Below, piece by piece: positions 1 through 13,870 of a DNA stretch of 64,000 nucleotides; within the stretch, counting starts at the first letter, position 1; every line of letters starts with the position of its first letter. The notes under the pieces are model-generated. The model worked only from the letters and a program-made list of their open reading frames with translations, was not told where the DNA came from and did no database searches. The stretch covers positions 23,126,001-23,190,000 of the forward strand of contig OZ024749.1 in NCBI GenBank assembly GCA_964016885.1. The letters are read 5' to 3'. The stretch comes from Eledone cirrhosa. Taxonomy: Eukaryota. Made by a program: the position numbers and the translations under genes.

Positions 1-306
1 GTCTGCAGCATGAGCAATCCGGTGTATAGGATTGCATGGATTTACTCGCGATGTAAGATCTAGTGGTCTTGGCACAGGAATCGCCGATTTTAAGCGCATT
101 TCTGTTAAAGGATATTTTATATTTATGGCTTACAAGGAAATGCTTGTCAAAATGTGATACAAATCTCGGTTACTTTATCTTTAACACTCACCAGTTCAGG
201 AAAACTTATGTTTTTATATTTCTTAATCTTTCTTCTTCTTTGAGGGAATCCTTTCACACACACACACACACGCAGCGACACACAGAGACATACACACACA
301 TACACA

Positions 307-396
<90 letters not shown>

Positions 397-837
397 GTGT
401 GTGTGTGAGTTTATATGTTTGTGTATATTTACGTATGCAGATTTGTATGAATGAAGAGTTTAGATGATCTGAACGAACGGGAGTTTAAAAGGAAGAGATA
501 AATTTGAAGCTGCCAGGATATGACTAAACAGTTTTAGCTTTTCCTATAACATAAATCTCCGTAAATTCTTTACTGGTGTGGCAGGAAGTTTCTGAGCGGT
601 TGTTCGTTAATTCAAATGTTTATAGCATATATATATTGATGTAAATATTTACAGTAAACAAACTAGACTTTAATATTTAATGTAATTTAATTATCAAAGC
701 CGGCTCATTGGTAGAGTCATTGAATGTCAGATAGTCAAATCCCACCGAAGTCATCTTTGGCTTTCATCATTTCGAGGTCAATAAGAATAGCACCAGTCTA
801 GTATGGGTTCGATTCTTCCTCTGTATATTTTCCTCAT

Positions 838-897
<60 letters not shown>

Positions 898-901
898 CCC
901 C

Positions 902-933
<32 letters not shown>

Positions 934-1379
934 AATATCTTTCCTTCTCTGGAGGAAACATGCTGTGTTCAAACCTGGAGAGGAAAATGCCCTAGACACG
1001 TCGTATGACACTACATTCACGCTAAGACACCATCAGGAGTTATTACCTGAGAAATGAAAAAAAAAGAAAGAATTCAAACATCATACTGTTTAGTATTTCT
1101 CAGAAATGCCATGTTGATATGCATTGATATGGGTCCGGACATTAAGATTTAAAAACGTATGTATGTAACAATTATCTACCAATTCTGTACTATTTTTGTA
1201 CTGATTGTCTATTACCAATTTCTGTTGCCTTTCAAAGACACGTGGTCCAAAGAGAATAACAAGGAATTTAGACAGAAGAACAAAACAATGAATATTATAG
1301 TTTCGCCTCAGTTATTCTTATTTGTGATTTACACAATGCAATCAATAAAACTGTCGTCAAGATATGTGCATGTATATAT

Positions 1380-1419
<40 letters not shown>

Positions 1420-1500
1420 TAATAATAATAAAATTGAAGACTAAAATCCAAAGAGGGCTCGATAAGGAAAATATATATCAAATATATAAGAACCGTAGAG

Positions 1501-1563
<63 letters not shown>

Positions 1564-1612
1564 TAAACAAATAATGAACAAACAATTCCTTATATTAAAC
1601 AAAAAAAGTTCA

Positions 1613-1759
1613 CTATTTAACGATCGTTTCTAGGGTATATATGTGTTATAATTGGTATGCATATTTAACAGATCTATGTACAAAATTATACAAAATTATA
1701 CAAATTATCAAGATTAAATATACATACCTAACTCATATATACGCCGTCTTCAGAAATAA
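1613..1759 (-). ncRNA. Type I hammerhead ribozyme with very long stem II (PLE1 pLTR)
   Basis: Reverse complement of 7191-7337. Confidence 0.75.
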
Positions 1760-2531
1760 TGAAGTATATTTATTGATAATAACAACAATTCAAAATATCA
1801 GTTCAAAATTGACCAATGAAAACACAAAGGGTTAAAAAGCAGTTTGGTGTGTGTATATACATGTAAAACCCTACACACATTTTACAATAATGTGTGTATA
1901 ATTTGTATGTGCATACTAAAAAGATGGATGCAAATAAAAAATTTCAAGGTTAATATCTCTGTAAGCTTAATGCGCTGATAAGATACGCAATGATACTTAT
2001 GGAGTCAAGCATATAAATATATTTTTTTCATACTCACACATATCAGTATAATCACACATACATGTGCGTATATATATAAATATACACATAACCACGAACA
2101 CACAAACACACACACTCCCCCACTCACATTTATATATGTGGATATAAAATCATAAGCAAATAGAAATTAAGTCACTCACATAAACACATTGGTACACACA
2201 TTTCAAGATCAAGATACAGAAATTAGGTGGGAGGGGGGGGGAGGGGTCAGTATTAGGTTGTCAGACCAGACAGCCTAATATAAATGTATCTATAAATTAT
2301 GAAAAATAAAAAAATAAAAACAATAAAATATATTACATATAATATAATGTACATACGCATACAGATATACATACACATACATACATGTACGCGCACATAG
2401 AGATATCTACACATACACACATACACACATACCTATACTGTCATACACACACATACATTTACACGAACATACACATACACATATAAAAAGATAAAAATAC
2501 GGACACACACACGCGCAACACATACACACAT

Positions 2532-2588
<57 letters not shown>

Positions 2589-2697
2589 TATACACACACA
2601 CATAGACTCATATATATATACATACACATACATATACTTATACACAAACATATATATCCCACACTCATACCACCATGAAAACACATACAAACATCCA

Positions 2698-2744
<47 letters not shown>

Positions 2745-2842
2745 CAACATACACACACGTACACATATATGTATATATACACATACATATATACACACAT
2801 ACACATATATATATATACACACACACATAAAATACAGACATG

Positions 2843-2873
<31 letters not shown>

Positions 2874-2965
2874 TTCATTACTCTTATATATACACATAGT
2901 ATATATACATACACAACCTCACTTATACACATATACACATAAGTTATATTACAATAATAATAAAG

Positions 2966-3006
<41 letters not shown>

Positions 3007-3145
3007 TATACACACATATACACATATACATACTTATACATACATATACATACATACGTACACATACATACATACACCTAAAAATAAACATATATAAATA
3101 CACACATACGAATAAAGACATATATTCACACATAGACACCTATAT

Positions 3146-3195
<50 letters not shown>

Positions 3196-3284
3196 ATATA
3201 CACACATATACACATACATACACACACACATATATATATACACATATACACACACGCACACACATACAGACACACATACACACT

Positions 3285-3323
<39 letters not shown>

Positions 3324-5085
3324 ATGTGAATGTGCGCAAATACATATATATATATACACACACACATACAAACACACACAAACACATACATATGCATACG
3401 TGCACACACACACACATATATCACATAGATACGAAGATAAACATATAAATAGAGAGACATACAAATATATACAGAACCCATATACACATACATACCAACA
3501 CGCATATACATATATATACATATATACACACACATATATTCCTATATACAAACATACACATACACACACATATATACATATACATATACATATATATACC
3601 ACACGTTCACATACACGTACATATATAATACATATATATACATATATATACATACATATGTATGTACAATCATATATACACACTCAATCTTACATTCATA
3701 TTAACATGCTCATATATGTATTTTTATATTTAGAAATAAATACCAAAAAAAAAAAAAAAAAAAAAAACTACATATACACCCATCTACACATATATTCATA
3801 CATATACACTTACAAAAACAGATGATAATAGTATGGGGGAAAGGGGGGGGTTTGGAGAAGGGGATCAAAGTAAATATATGTTTCAAGAAACCTATAATAT
3901 TTTCCATATCTTAATTCAATGTATGTTCCTACACATTTTCAGTGCTAGGAAATACGAAATATATGCATCACAAAATAAAAAAATATAAAAGTATACCATT
4001 AATCCTATGTCAACTAAACCAAAGATAGTCAACATATTGATTTCCAAGGTGTAAATTAGTTAGGTTTATAATATTTGAAGCAGAATTATGAAGTCAAACA
4101 GTAGTAGATTATTAATTACATTATAACTAAATTAAAGTTAATAACATTATGGTATCAATATTAGGAGATGAATTTAGTAATAGGGAAAAGAAACCCAAAT
4201 AAAAATAAAATAAAGTATTACATCGGTAGTAGCATATAAATTATATGTTAACTAAGTTAAAAATTATATATTTATTTCAATAGTATATGTTAATTAGTAT
4301 ATGTTAATTAGGTATACAATACATAAAGCAGATATTGTATTTCATCAATAGCATAATATAATTATATGCAAATAAAAATCAAAATTAATACGCATACAAA
4401 TACATATACATACACATACACATACATATACATATACATACACATATATATATATATATATATACATATATATACACATATATACATATATAGTCACATA
4501 AATATACATACAGATACACATACAATACACACATATACATATACATATAGATATACATATCTTTTTCAAAAAATTTGCACAGAATATATTAACTAGGTAT
4601 ATATCCAAAAACACCTCCCATTCTATGATTACATGAAATTCTGCAATTCGTCTGTACAAGGATACTAATTTTAAGCAAATTAAAATTAAAATTAAAGTTT
4701 TAGGTTGATTAAAGCTAAAACCAAATAATAAATATATTTCCAAAATGTATATTAATTAGGTCAATAATACTAAAAATTCTTTCTCCGTCATAGGATACAT
4801 GATATTATTTTGTTATATTTTATCTGTAAAAGAATTATAATAAAAAAAAAAAAAAAAAAAAAAATTATAATAAAAGGTTAAACTAAATTAAAAAATTATA
4901 ATAAAAGGTTAAAATAAGTTAAAATTAATCTATAAATTAAATTACTGAATATATATTAGTAATATTTAAAGGTTTTTCAAAATTAATGATTACATAATAT
5001 TTTCTCATCTGTAATAAAATATTTATTAAATTAAATTTATAGGTTAACTAACATTTAAATTAAATTAAATTCTAGAATAATGTTA

Positions 5086-6972
5086 TTAATTAGGTTTATA
5101 ATATTTAAATGTTTTTTTTAGTTTATGATTACACGATATAATTAATTCCTGTCTTTTATTTAATAAGATATCCCTAGACTTCATTATTTCAAATAGTTCT
5201 TGGGAACATAATCTACATTCCTTTCTATTATTTTGATAAGGGGTGGCTCTTTTGAGCACACTCCAGGTCAAATCATATTTTATATTTTTATTTTTATAAC
5301 TATTGATTTTTTCTGCTAGAGATGTTGTATTAGCCAATGCGGCATTTTTAAAGCTATGTTTGTGGGTATTATACCTTGTCTTAAAATTGTTAGAGGTAGC
5401 TCCTATATATGAGCAAATAGAATCTTTAGTTTTAACATTACATTTATAGACTATGTTGTTAACAAGACAATTCCCTTTTAATGGGCAGTTTGTTTTGTTT
5501 CTACAGTTACATCCTTTCGTTAATTCTGTATTTGAGGAGATATTATTGTTAATTTGATGTACTGGTGGTATACTTATAGTTTTCTTACACTTATATGCAT
5601 TATATGCACTTATATTTTGTTTTATGTTATTTGTTGTAGAATATGAGAATTTAACTGTAGACCTATTTAAGATTTGATGGTATTTGTGGTTTGGCGGGAA
5701 GTTTTTCTCAAGGATATAAAAACATTTTTTAGCAATATTATCCTTAACTTGTAAATTAAAAGGAGCATTATACCAAGTAACTCGTCTATTACGGTTTCTA
5801 TGTTGTTTATTATTTTTATTATTTTTATATGTTGTATCATGATTTTTACTAGGAGGAATAATGTTAATGATCTCACCACAACTATTTTTAGTTATATTTG
5901 TAGATTTAGGTGTTTTATCTTTTTTATTAGGAGTTTTATTATTAATATTTATTATAGTCTTATGATGAGTAGTTTTTTGAGGGTTACTATACTTTATATT
6001 AGAAGATTTAGTATTTTGGGGTATACTGTGGGTGGCATTTAGGTGTGTACTTTTCATTTGGTGTTTGTTGGTAATATTATGCTGTATGTTTTCAGTATTT
6101 TTAGTAGAAGTTATATACTCTAATCTATTTTTGTGGCCACTTCTATCTAGAGCTTCATTATAAAAGGTCGCATTTTTATCAAATACATCTTGGTTAGAAG
6201 AAAGGTTAGAAATTCTAAGTGATATATTATATGCAAGGTTTTTAAGGATAGATTTAGGGTGATTAGATTGTGAGTGTATGTAATGTAAGTTTTGGTTAGG
6301 TTTATGGTAAGGTTGGTATATACCCGTAGCTAAATCTAAAGTTATATCTAGGAAATTTACTACTTTACTTGTTTTTTCAAAAGTAATATTAAGATTATAA
6401 TAGTCTTTAAGGAAAGTTCTAATATGCTTTTTGTTTTTTTCGATTTCTGAAAGGCTAAGGTTGTTAGAAAGAAGAAGACAGTCATCACGATATAAACCAC
6501 CTTTGAGGTGGGGAAAAGAGGCATTTATGTTGAAAAGGAGAAAGAGGCCCACAAGATCAGTAATTTGGGCAGAATCGCTTGAACCCATAGTAATATCAAA
6601 AAGATTACTATAAGTGTTTCTGGTCCAGTATTCATTCTGAAATTCAATAAGTGTTTGTCTAGCATGTATAATAATGTTAATGTCATCCGAAGTTAAATTA
6701 GATCTATTTTTAGCAAATATTAATGCTTTGTTCAGGAGTATGGGTGATATAGAAGAATAATAATTATCTATATCAAACTGTAGGAAAGAAGCAGAAGATT
6801 TACACCTAATATTTTTAAACCAATTAATTACCTGGGAGGTGTTTTCCCAGAGTGGTAAAATAACGTATTTTCTTATTTGTGGGATGACTCTATCTAAAAT
6901 TTTTTTGCTAATTATTCCAATATCTGATTTGGAGGGACATATAAGTCTAATAGAAGGATTAGAGTTAAAGTT
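5086..6972 (-). CDS. PLE reverse transcriptase + GIY-YIG endonuclease, N-terminally truncated, no internal stops
   Basis: Frame stays open upstream of Met 6588 (NPSIRLICPSKSDIG...QFDIDNYYSSI...FDITMGSSDSAQ). Motifs: YRDD, linker GCNCRNKTNCPLKGNC, NIVY...SYIG, C-terminal CRLC...CNH. The CxCx5C linker resembles the Naiad group (from recall, not searched). Confidence 0.92.
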   Translation of the reverse strand, partial: NFNSNPSIRLICPSKSDIGIISKKILDRVIPQIRKYVILPLWENTSQVINWFKNIRCKSSASFLQFDIDNYYSSISPILLNKALIFAKNRSNLTSDDINIIIHARQTLIEFQNEYWTRNTYSNLFDITMGSSDSAQITDLVGLFLLFNINASFPHLKGGLYRDDCLLLSNNLSLSEIEKNKKHIRTFLKDYYNLNITFEKTSKVVNFLDITLDLATGIYQPYHKPNQNLHYIHSQSNHPKSILKNLAYNISLRISNLSSNQDVFDKNATFYNEALDRSGHKNRLEYITSTKNTENIQHNITNKHQMKSTHLNATHSIPQNTKSSNIKYSNPQKTTHHKTIININNKTPNKKDKTPKSTNITKNSCGEIINIIPPSKNHDTTYKNNKNNKQHRNRNRRVTWYNAPFNLQVKDNIAKKCFYILEKNFPPNHKYHQILNRSTVKFSYSTTNNIKQNISAYNAYKCKKTISIPPVHQINNNISSNTELTKGCNCRNKTNCPLKGNCLVNNIVYKCNVKTKDSICSYIGATSNNFKTRYNTHKHSFKNAALANTTSLAEKINSYKNKNIKYDLTWSVLKRATPYQNNRKECRLCSQELFEIMKSRDILLNKRQELIISCNHKLKKTFKYYKPN

Positions 6973-7190
6973 ATATTATATTATATTAAAGAGATATTAA
7001 CCTTGAAATTTTTTATTTGCATCCATCTTTTTAGTATGCACATACAAATTATACACACATTATTGTAAAATGTGTGTAGGGTTTTACATGTATATACACA
7101 CACCAAACTGCTTTTTAACCCTTTGTGTTTTCATTGGTCAATTTTGAACTGATATTTTGAATTGTTGTTATTATCAATAAATATACTTCA

Positions 7191-7337
7191 TTATTTCTGA
7201 AGACGGCGTATATATGAGTTAGGTATGTATATTTAATCTTGATAATTTGTATAATTTTGTATAATTTTGTACATAGATCTGTTAAATATGCATACCAATT
7301 ATAACACATATATACCCTAGAAACGATCGTTAAATAG
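7191..7337 (+). ncRNA. Type I hammerhead ribozyme with very long stem II
   Basis: ttattt-CTGAAGA-[gtatatatg...ggtatgtatatttaa...ttaaatatgcatacc...catatatac]-GAAA-cgatcg-TT-aaatag; stem III is palindromic. Confidence 0.75.
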
Positions 7338-7526
7338 TGAACTTTTTTTGTTTAATATAAGGAATTGTTTGTTCATTATTTGTTTAATATTTTATCTTGA
7401 CTCTGTATACCGTTTATCTTTCACCGAAATTGGATTTTCATTACATCTCTTCTTTCCATGATATCCGGAATACATTGAGTTCTTCATACGGATTGGACAC
7501 TACCGTAAACTCTTGGTAGATTTATC

Positions 7527-7579
<53 letters not shown>

Positions 7580-7592
7580 TATATATACATAT

Positions 7593-7835
7593 GTAAAATG
7601 TAAACAGAAATAACAACAAATCGGTACAGTATATGGAAGATATATATTAGGTGAACGCTTGATATAGCAGGAAGAGGGTCTTAACGTTTCGGACGCTAGT
7701 CCTTCATCAGAAGAAAGAATGAGAAATAAAATAGTTTAAGGGGACGGGCGGGATGGAATTGAAAAAAATGTCTTTAGATGAAAATAACAGGTCCATTCAT
7801 GTTGACATCTCTTCCAAAACTGTTGGTGCTGGCGT
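7593..7835 (-). mobile_element. Solo PLE 3'/pLTR fragment in (TA)n; second copy at 10916-11141
   Basis: Two similar copies, both TA-flanked, carrying an HHR (core degenerate in the second copy). Confidence 0.7.
7679..7714 (-). ncRNA. Minimal type I hammerhead ribozyme
   Basis: tctt-CTGATGA-a-ggac-tagc-gtcc-GAAA-cg-TT-aaga. Confidence 0.8.
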
Positions 7836-7897
7836 TATATATGTATATGTATATATGTATATACACATATGTATATATACATATAAATATATATATA

Positions 7898-8023
<126 letters not shown>

Positions 8024-8122
8024 CATATATATATGTATATATATGACATATGTATATATATATATAAATATATGTATATATATAAGATATGTATATGTAT
8101 ATAATATTATATGCATCAATAA

Positions 8123-8195
<73 letters not shown>

Positions 8196-8595
8196 TGCGC
8201 TCCTGTGGACATGAATTAAGATTTCCTAAGTGTTAATCTACGATTTAAGTATACAATCTACAGTAATTTCCGTTGCTACTGTGGATCACCAACGAACATG
8301 GCCGCCACGAAGTAATATGACAGTTGCATGAAATGAAAATTGCTGAAAACTCTGTAAATTTGGCTGGGAATGATATCAATGTTGCTGCTGCAGACAGAAT
8401 ATTACGCTGTTGACCTAGCACCATAATTTCATCGCTTCAAATGGACGATTATATTATAAATCACCATTGTATATAACACCATACATATGTACATATCTGT
8501 TGAAATATGCGTCTAAGATCATTCACACACGCATTCTTGAACGAGATAACTAGCAGGTATCTATCTATGTATGTATTCTCTACGTATCGATCTAT

Positions 8596-9056
8596 CTATC
8601 TATCTGCAGAGAAAGGCGCTTTTCCTATGTGTTATGGTTATGGTCAAAGAGATTATATGGTGGACGAGGTTAAAAGGGCTGAGGTCAGGCACCTTTCTCT
8701 CCGGCGAGCAACTGATTCGTTTTTTCAAATATCATTTTGTAAGAAGAATCAGGATGGGGAGAGATGTGCTGTACCCCAGCAAATTTTATAAAAGGTGGCT
8801 GAATGTGGCAAAGATGGTCCGACTGGTTGGGTCTTCTCTCTATATAAGCCTGTAGGTTGAAGAAAAAGAGGAAGAGAGGAAGGGACTACTCACTCTTGGT
8901 GCTCCTGGAGATGAGGGTTGTACATCTTTTCGGGGTGTGTACAACCCCTGTGAAACACCTCCCCCCTATTGGGGATTTCAATTGTTATTTGTTATTGTGT
9001 TAATAGTTTTATTTTCATATACCTGTATGTAAAGTCTCCATTTGTATTTGTCCCCT
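8596..9056 (+). mobile_element. Tx1/L1-like LINE 3' fragment
   Basis: KEIIWWTRLKGLRSGTFLSGEQLIRFFKYHF matches the C-terminus of the LINE at 42856-43260. Flanked by (ATCT)n-like repeats. Confidence 0.8.
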
Positions 9057-9859
9057 ATCTACCTGTCCGTCCATCCATCTATCTATCAATGAATCTATAA
9101 AAGTCTCGCTCTCCCCTCTATATACCACGCACACACACATATATATGTTTGTATTTCAATTTTGAATAAGTTATGCAAGGTTCTTGAGTGTAATCTATAT
9201 ACATTGCGTTGGTTGGGGTACCAACCACACACGCCAGCTATGTCTTTCTTTAGTTTTATCATTCATTAGGTAAGTAATGCACTCCTCAGTTTGTTTTGTA
9301 ACCAGATGATTATTTCCTTGCCAATCCTCTTTCGTCACACATCCTGTGATCTTTTCAATGACTATTCTTTTAGGCCAATCCGCTTTTGTCACACAACCTG
9401 TGACCTATTCAACTACTCTTCTTTCATAAAAACAAATATCTTTATTGTGAAAACATTCAAGAGACTATTGTAGTTATGAAAACAGAAAAGGAAGAGAAAG
9501 GCAAGGGCTCTAGCGTCATAGAAGAATGGGGAGGTGTAAGAGAATGGGTGGTGGGCTCTAGAAAAATGGCGCAGCATATTGGGGCTGCGCCCCGCGAAAA
9601 TTGAGGCAAAAGCAAAAAAAAAAAAAGAAAAATTCTTTCATCCTACATCACCTCGTTGTATTGATGGCGAAAATGGAGCCAATAAAAGGGTGGAACAAAC
9701 GTCATACAATGTGTGATGAAAGCCCTTTGATTTTAAAATACATATACAGTCACTAAAAAACCCCGAAATATTTACATGATAAATACATACACAAATACCA
9801 ATGTAACTCTTCAACAGGTGCTTGTGTTGTTATTTGAATCTTGACCCCTATAAATTATA

Positions 9860-10550
<691 letters not shown>

Positions 10551-10552
<2 letters not shown>

Positions 10553-10750
10553 AACCAGTAAGACCCCGACAGCTGAGCTCAAGCCGTTTCGACGGCTAAT
10601 TCGACGGCTAATTCGTCCAGAATTAGCCGTCGAAACGGCTTGAGCTCAGCTGTCGGGGTCTTACTGGTTCCTATTACCCACTCTACTACCTCAAGTATTG
10701 AGTACTTTGGTGCGTTATGGTCCACCTGGTTCCTTACCACATTTCCTTCG

Positions 10751-10753
<3 letters not shown>
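10551..10753 (+). mobile_element. GACCCC-family fold-back insert (half-HHR hairpin)
   Basis: ~50-bp near-perfect inverted repeat 10551-10671 plus a 3' tail, TA-flanked. Relatives at 12150-12362, 36936-37084, 41150-41337, 57255-57430, 60238-60366 and 61078-61135. Confidence 0.85.
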
Positions 10754-10802
<49 letters not shown>

Positions 10803-10815
10803 ATGGGTGTGTGTA

Positions 10816-10902
<87 letters not shown>

Positions 10903-11140
10903 ATATATGTATATGTAAGTAAAAGGTAAACAGAAATAACAACACAATCGGTACAGTATATGGAAGGTATATATTAGGTTAACGCTTGATATAGCAGGAA
11001 GAGAGTCTTAACGTTTCGGATGTTAATCCTTCACAAGAAGAAAGAATGAGAAATTAAATAGATTGAGGGGATGGGTGGGATGGAATTGGAAAAATGTCTT
11101 TAGATGAAAATAACTGGTCCATTCATGTTGACATCTCTTG

Positions 11141-11188
<48 letters not shown>

Positions 11189-11192
<4 letters not shown>

Positions 11193-11925
11193 AAAAAATG
11201 AAACGAAATTTCATTTCCCACTCTTAGTACGGCTGTTACTTAAATATAAGTATGTACACGCACATACATATATGTATACAGACGTACAGTAGTATGTATA
11301 TATATATATATACATACATGCACACATATATATATGTACGTCGTATGGATTCACCGAACACTTATTATAATGCTCGGTGTGTTTGTAAACAAACATCCCG
11401 TATTAAGCCGTAGTGTCGAGCAACCATGGTTGCTCGTTTGTTCAACACTGACAAAGGAACGCTGTACTAGTTTCAAGTTTATTTTCTATCGTCAGCAACG
11501 TATACCTTCCTTCCAGATTGTTGAACGTGTATACTTACCTTATGCATATTAACGGCTGAGTAGCCCAATTTGCATATCGAGTTGGTTAATCGGTCGGGTG
11601 CACCGAAAACGATAAACGGAAAAAATGAAACGAAATTTCATTTCCCACTCTTAGTACGGCTGTTACTTAAGTATAAGTATGTACACGTACATACATATAT
11701 GTATGTCAGTGTTGTCAGTGTTGAACAAACGAGCAACGATGGTTGCTAGACACTACACCTTAATACGGGATGTTTGTTTACAAACACACCGAGCATTATA
11801 ATAAATGTTCGGTGAATCCATACGTACATATATGTATGTGTGCATGTATGTATATATATATATATACATACTACTGTGCGTCTGTATACATATATGTATG
11901 TACGTGTACATACTTATATATATAT
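11189..11925 (-). mobile_element. ~428-bp HHR unit with partial tandem copy and inverted copy
   Basis: 11190-11275 is repeated directly from 11618; ~11706-11920 is inverted relative to ~11245-11452. HHR at 11460-11500: cgttg-CTGACGA-...-GAAA-ctag-TA-cagcg. Confidence 0.75.
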
Positions 11926-12149
11926 ATAAACATATATATGATATCATGTATGAAATGAAAGTAATGTCTGTATTATAGCATGCACTATTCGATTTGTTTT
12001 ATATATATATAGTAATAATAGTAATAATACTAAATTTGAAGACTAAAATCCAAAAAGGGCTCGATAAGGATAAATATTAAGGGTGAAAGCAGCGATTCTT
12101 TGCTTAAACTTTAATCTGTTATTTTAATAAATATATATATATATATATA

Positions 12150-12362
12150 TAACAAAGGAAATGTGGTAAGGAACAAGGTGGACCATAACGCACGAAAGTA
12201 CTCAATACTTAGGGTAATAGAGTGGGTAATAGGAACAAGTAAGACCCCGACGGCTGAGCTCAAGCCGTTTCGACGGCTAATTCTGTACGGAATTAGCCGT
12301 CGGAGTACAGAATTAGCCGTCGAAACGGCTTGAGCTCAGCCGTCGGGGTCTTACTTGTTCCT
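12150..12362 (-). mobile_element. GACCCC-family fold-back insert
   Basis: Inverted repeat ~12230-12362 with an extra arm fragment in the loop; TA-flanked. Confidence 0.85.
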
Positions 12363-12505
12363 ATATATATATATATATGGCGGTGGGGAGGTTGTGTGTG
12401 TGTATGTGTGGTGATTGTGTTTGTGTTTTTAAATTTAATGACAAAACAAACAGTACAGTACATGGAAGAAATAGAAATATATGGCGCTCCTAGTGGTATA
12501 TCATG

Positions 12506-12539
12506 GTGACAACGACGATGATGATGACGATGAGTGCGG

Positions 12540-12583
<44 letters not shown>

Positions 12584-12776
12584 GTGATTATTATGATTAT
12601 GACGACGAAGATGTTGATGAGTGCTGTGATGTTGATGACGGTGAAGATGATGGGCAGCGAAGAGGATGATGCCAGTGATGATGATGGCAATAATGACGTC
12701 GATGACGAAGACAGTGATGATGTTGATGATGATGTTGATGTTGATGTTGATGATGATGATGTTCATGATGATGATA
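12506..12776. repeat. Degenerate (GAT)n microsatellite
   Basis: gatgatgat runs; the source of the spurious poly-D/M/H ORFs. Confidence 0.95.
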
Positions 12777-13309
12777 TAACATTCGTGTATAATATAATTA
12801 CTGAAGATTTTAGGATGTTTAGTAGCCAGTCATGAAATAGCCGAGGGATACAAAGGCGGGGATGAAGGGTGTGTTTTCCAATGGAAGGCTTTTATGGATA
12901 TGTGTATCCATTATCTGTTGTTCTGCATGAATTTTCACAGAGATTCTCTAAAACTAACCATCCCTAAGCATTCTCAACACTGGGAATTGCTTCAAAGCTT
13001 CTATGATGATCTAATTTAATATTGTAAGAGCTTAAGCAAATACATTTCCGCCATATTGTATATGTTATACCATTAAAAATAATGGACTTTCTAACATAGT
13101 CGCAAGATAAAATGTGTTGTCATTGGTACTGTTTCTTTAATCTCGCCAGACCCATGAACATACGGCGTTCTATTCTGAGTAGATTAACTTAGCCTATTTA
13201 GCAGGAATTATACCCTCAAAAGATCACATCTTTTATTAATATAGATAATTACCAATACCTTACTTTTTAAAACTATTCTAAAAAGTTTGAAGTTTGTCTC
13301 GAGCCCAGA

Positions 13310-13535
13310 GCGTCATGAGGCTGGTGCATATCACGATTCCAGTGGCGTTAGCCGATTGAGAGTATAAGAACCCACCCTTAACACGACGCTAATCCATCGC
13401 AGGATTAAACCCCTATCTATTACTTAAGCTGAGTATACTGGAGCAACGTGAAATGAAGTGTTTTGCTCAAGAAAAAAACACTCATCACTCTCTAGCAATT
13501 GAACCCACGAAGTTATGATCGTAAGTCCAACAGAT
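13310..13535 (-). mobile_element. SINE-like repeat, family 2 (relatives ~33350-33492 and ~59285-59405)
   Basis: Shared blocks acgtgaaat(g/a)aagtg...ttgct and acgc(t/c)aatccatcgcagg; B-box-like ggttcaatt/gttcgattcc on the minus strand. Confidence 0.55.
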
Positions 13536-13650
13536 CTAGCACTAGGCCACGCGTCTCTCATTTCCATTACATCACGCCTCCAGGATATTCTTTGTATTAT
13601 AAATATTGTGAACGTTGGATTGGCAGTATTTTGTATTATAAATATTGTAA

Positions 13651-13870
13651 GGGTGGTGGATTGGCAGTATCGGTACAGCGTCGGACAAAATGCTTTCCGA
13701 CATAGAGTTACCGCCATTTACGTTCTGAGTTCAAATACATCCGAGGTTAACTTTGCGTTTCATCCTTAATATGTCGATAACATAAAGTACAAGTAATGCG
13801 CTGGACTCGATTTGATCGATTTTCCCATCCTTCAAAAGTGTTGACCTTGCGCATGAAATCAGAAACCACT
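13651..13870 (+). mobile_element. tRNA-derived SINE, family 1
   Basis: A-box TGGCAGTATCGG, B-box GAGTTCAAAT, body gaggttaactttgc(c/g)tttcatcc. Confidence 0.8.

Larger units (their letters stand above)
1555..7530 (-). mobile_element. Penelope-like element PLE1 (5'-truncated, with inverted 3'/pLTR copy at its 5' end)
   Basis: RT-GIY-YIG frame 6972-5086, then a ~3.1 kb microsatellite-rich 3' region and an HHR-bearing terminus 1555-1960. That terminus is repeated inverted at 6990-7395 and continues to ~7530. Both ends abut (TA)n. Confidence 0.9.

Noticed and set aside
950-1047. Minus-strand exon after a strong acceptor (tttcatttctcag)
   Set aside because: All frames close within 10 codons and there is no recognisable product or partner exon.
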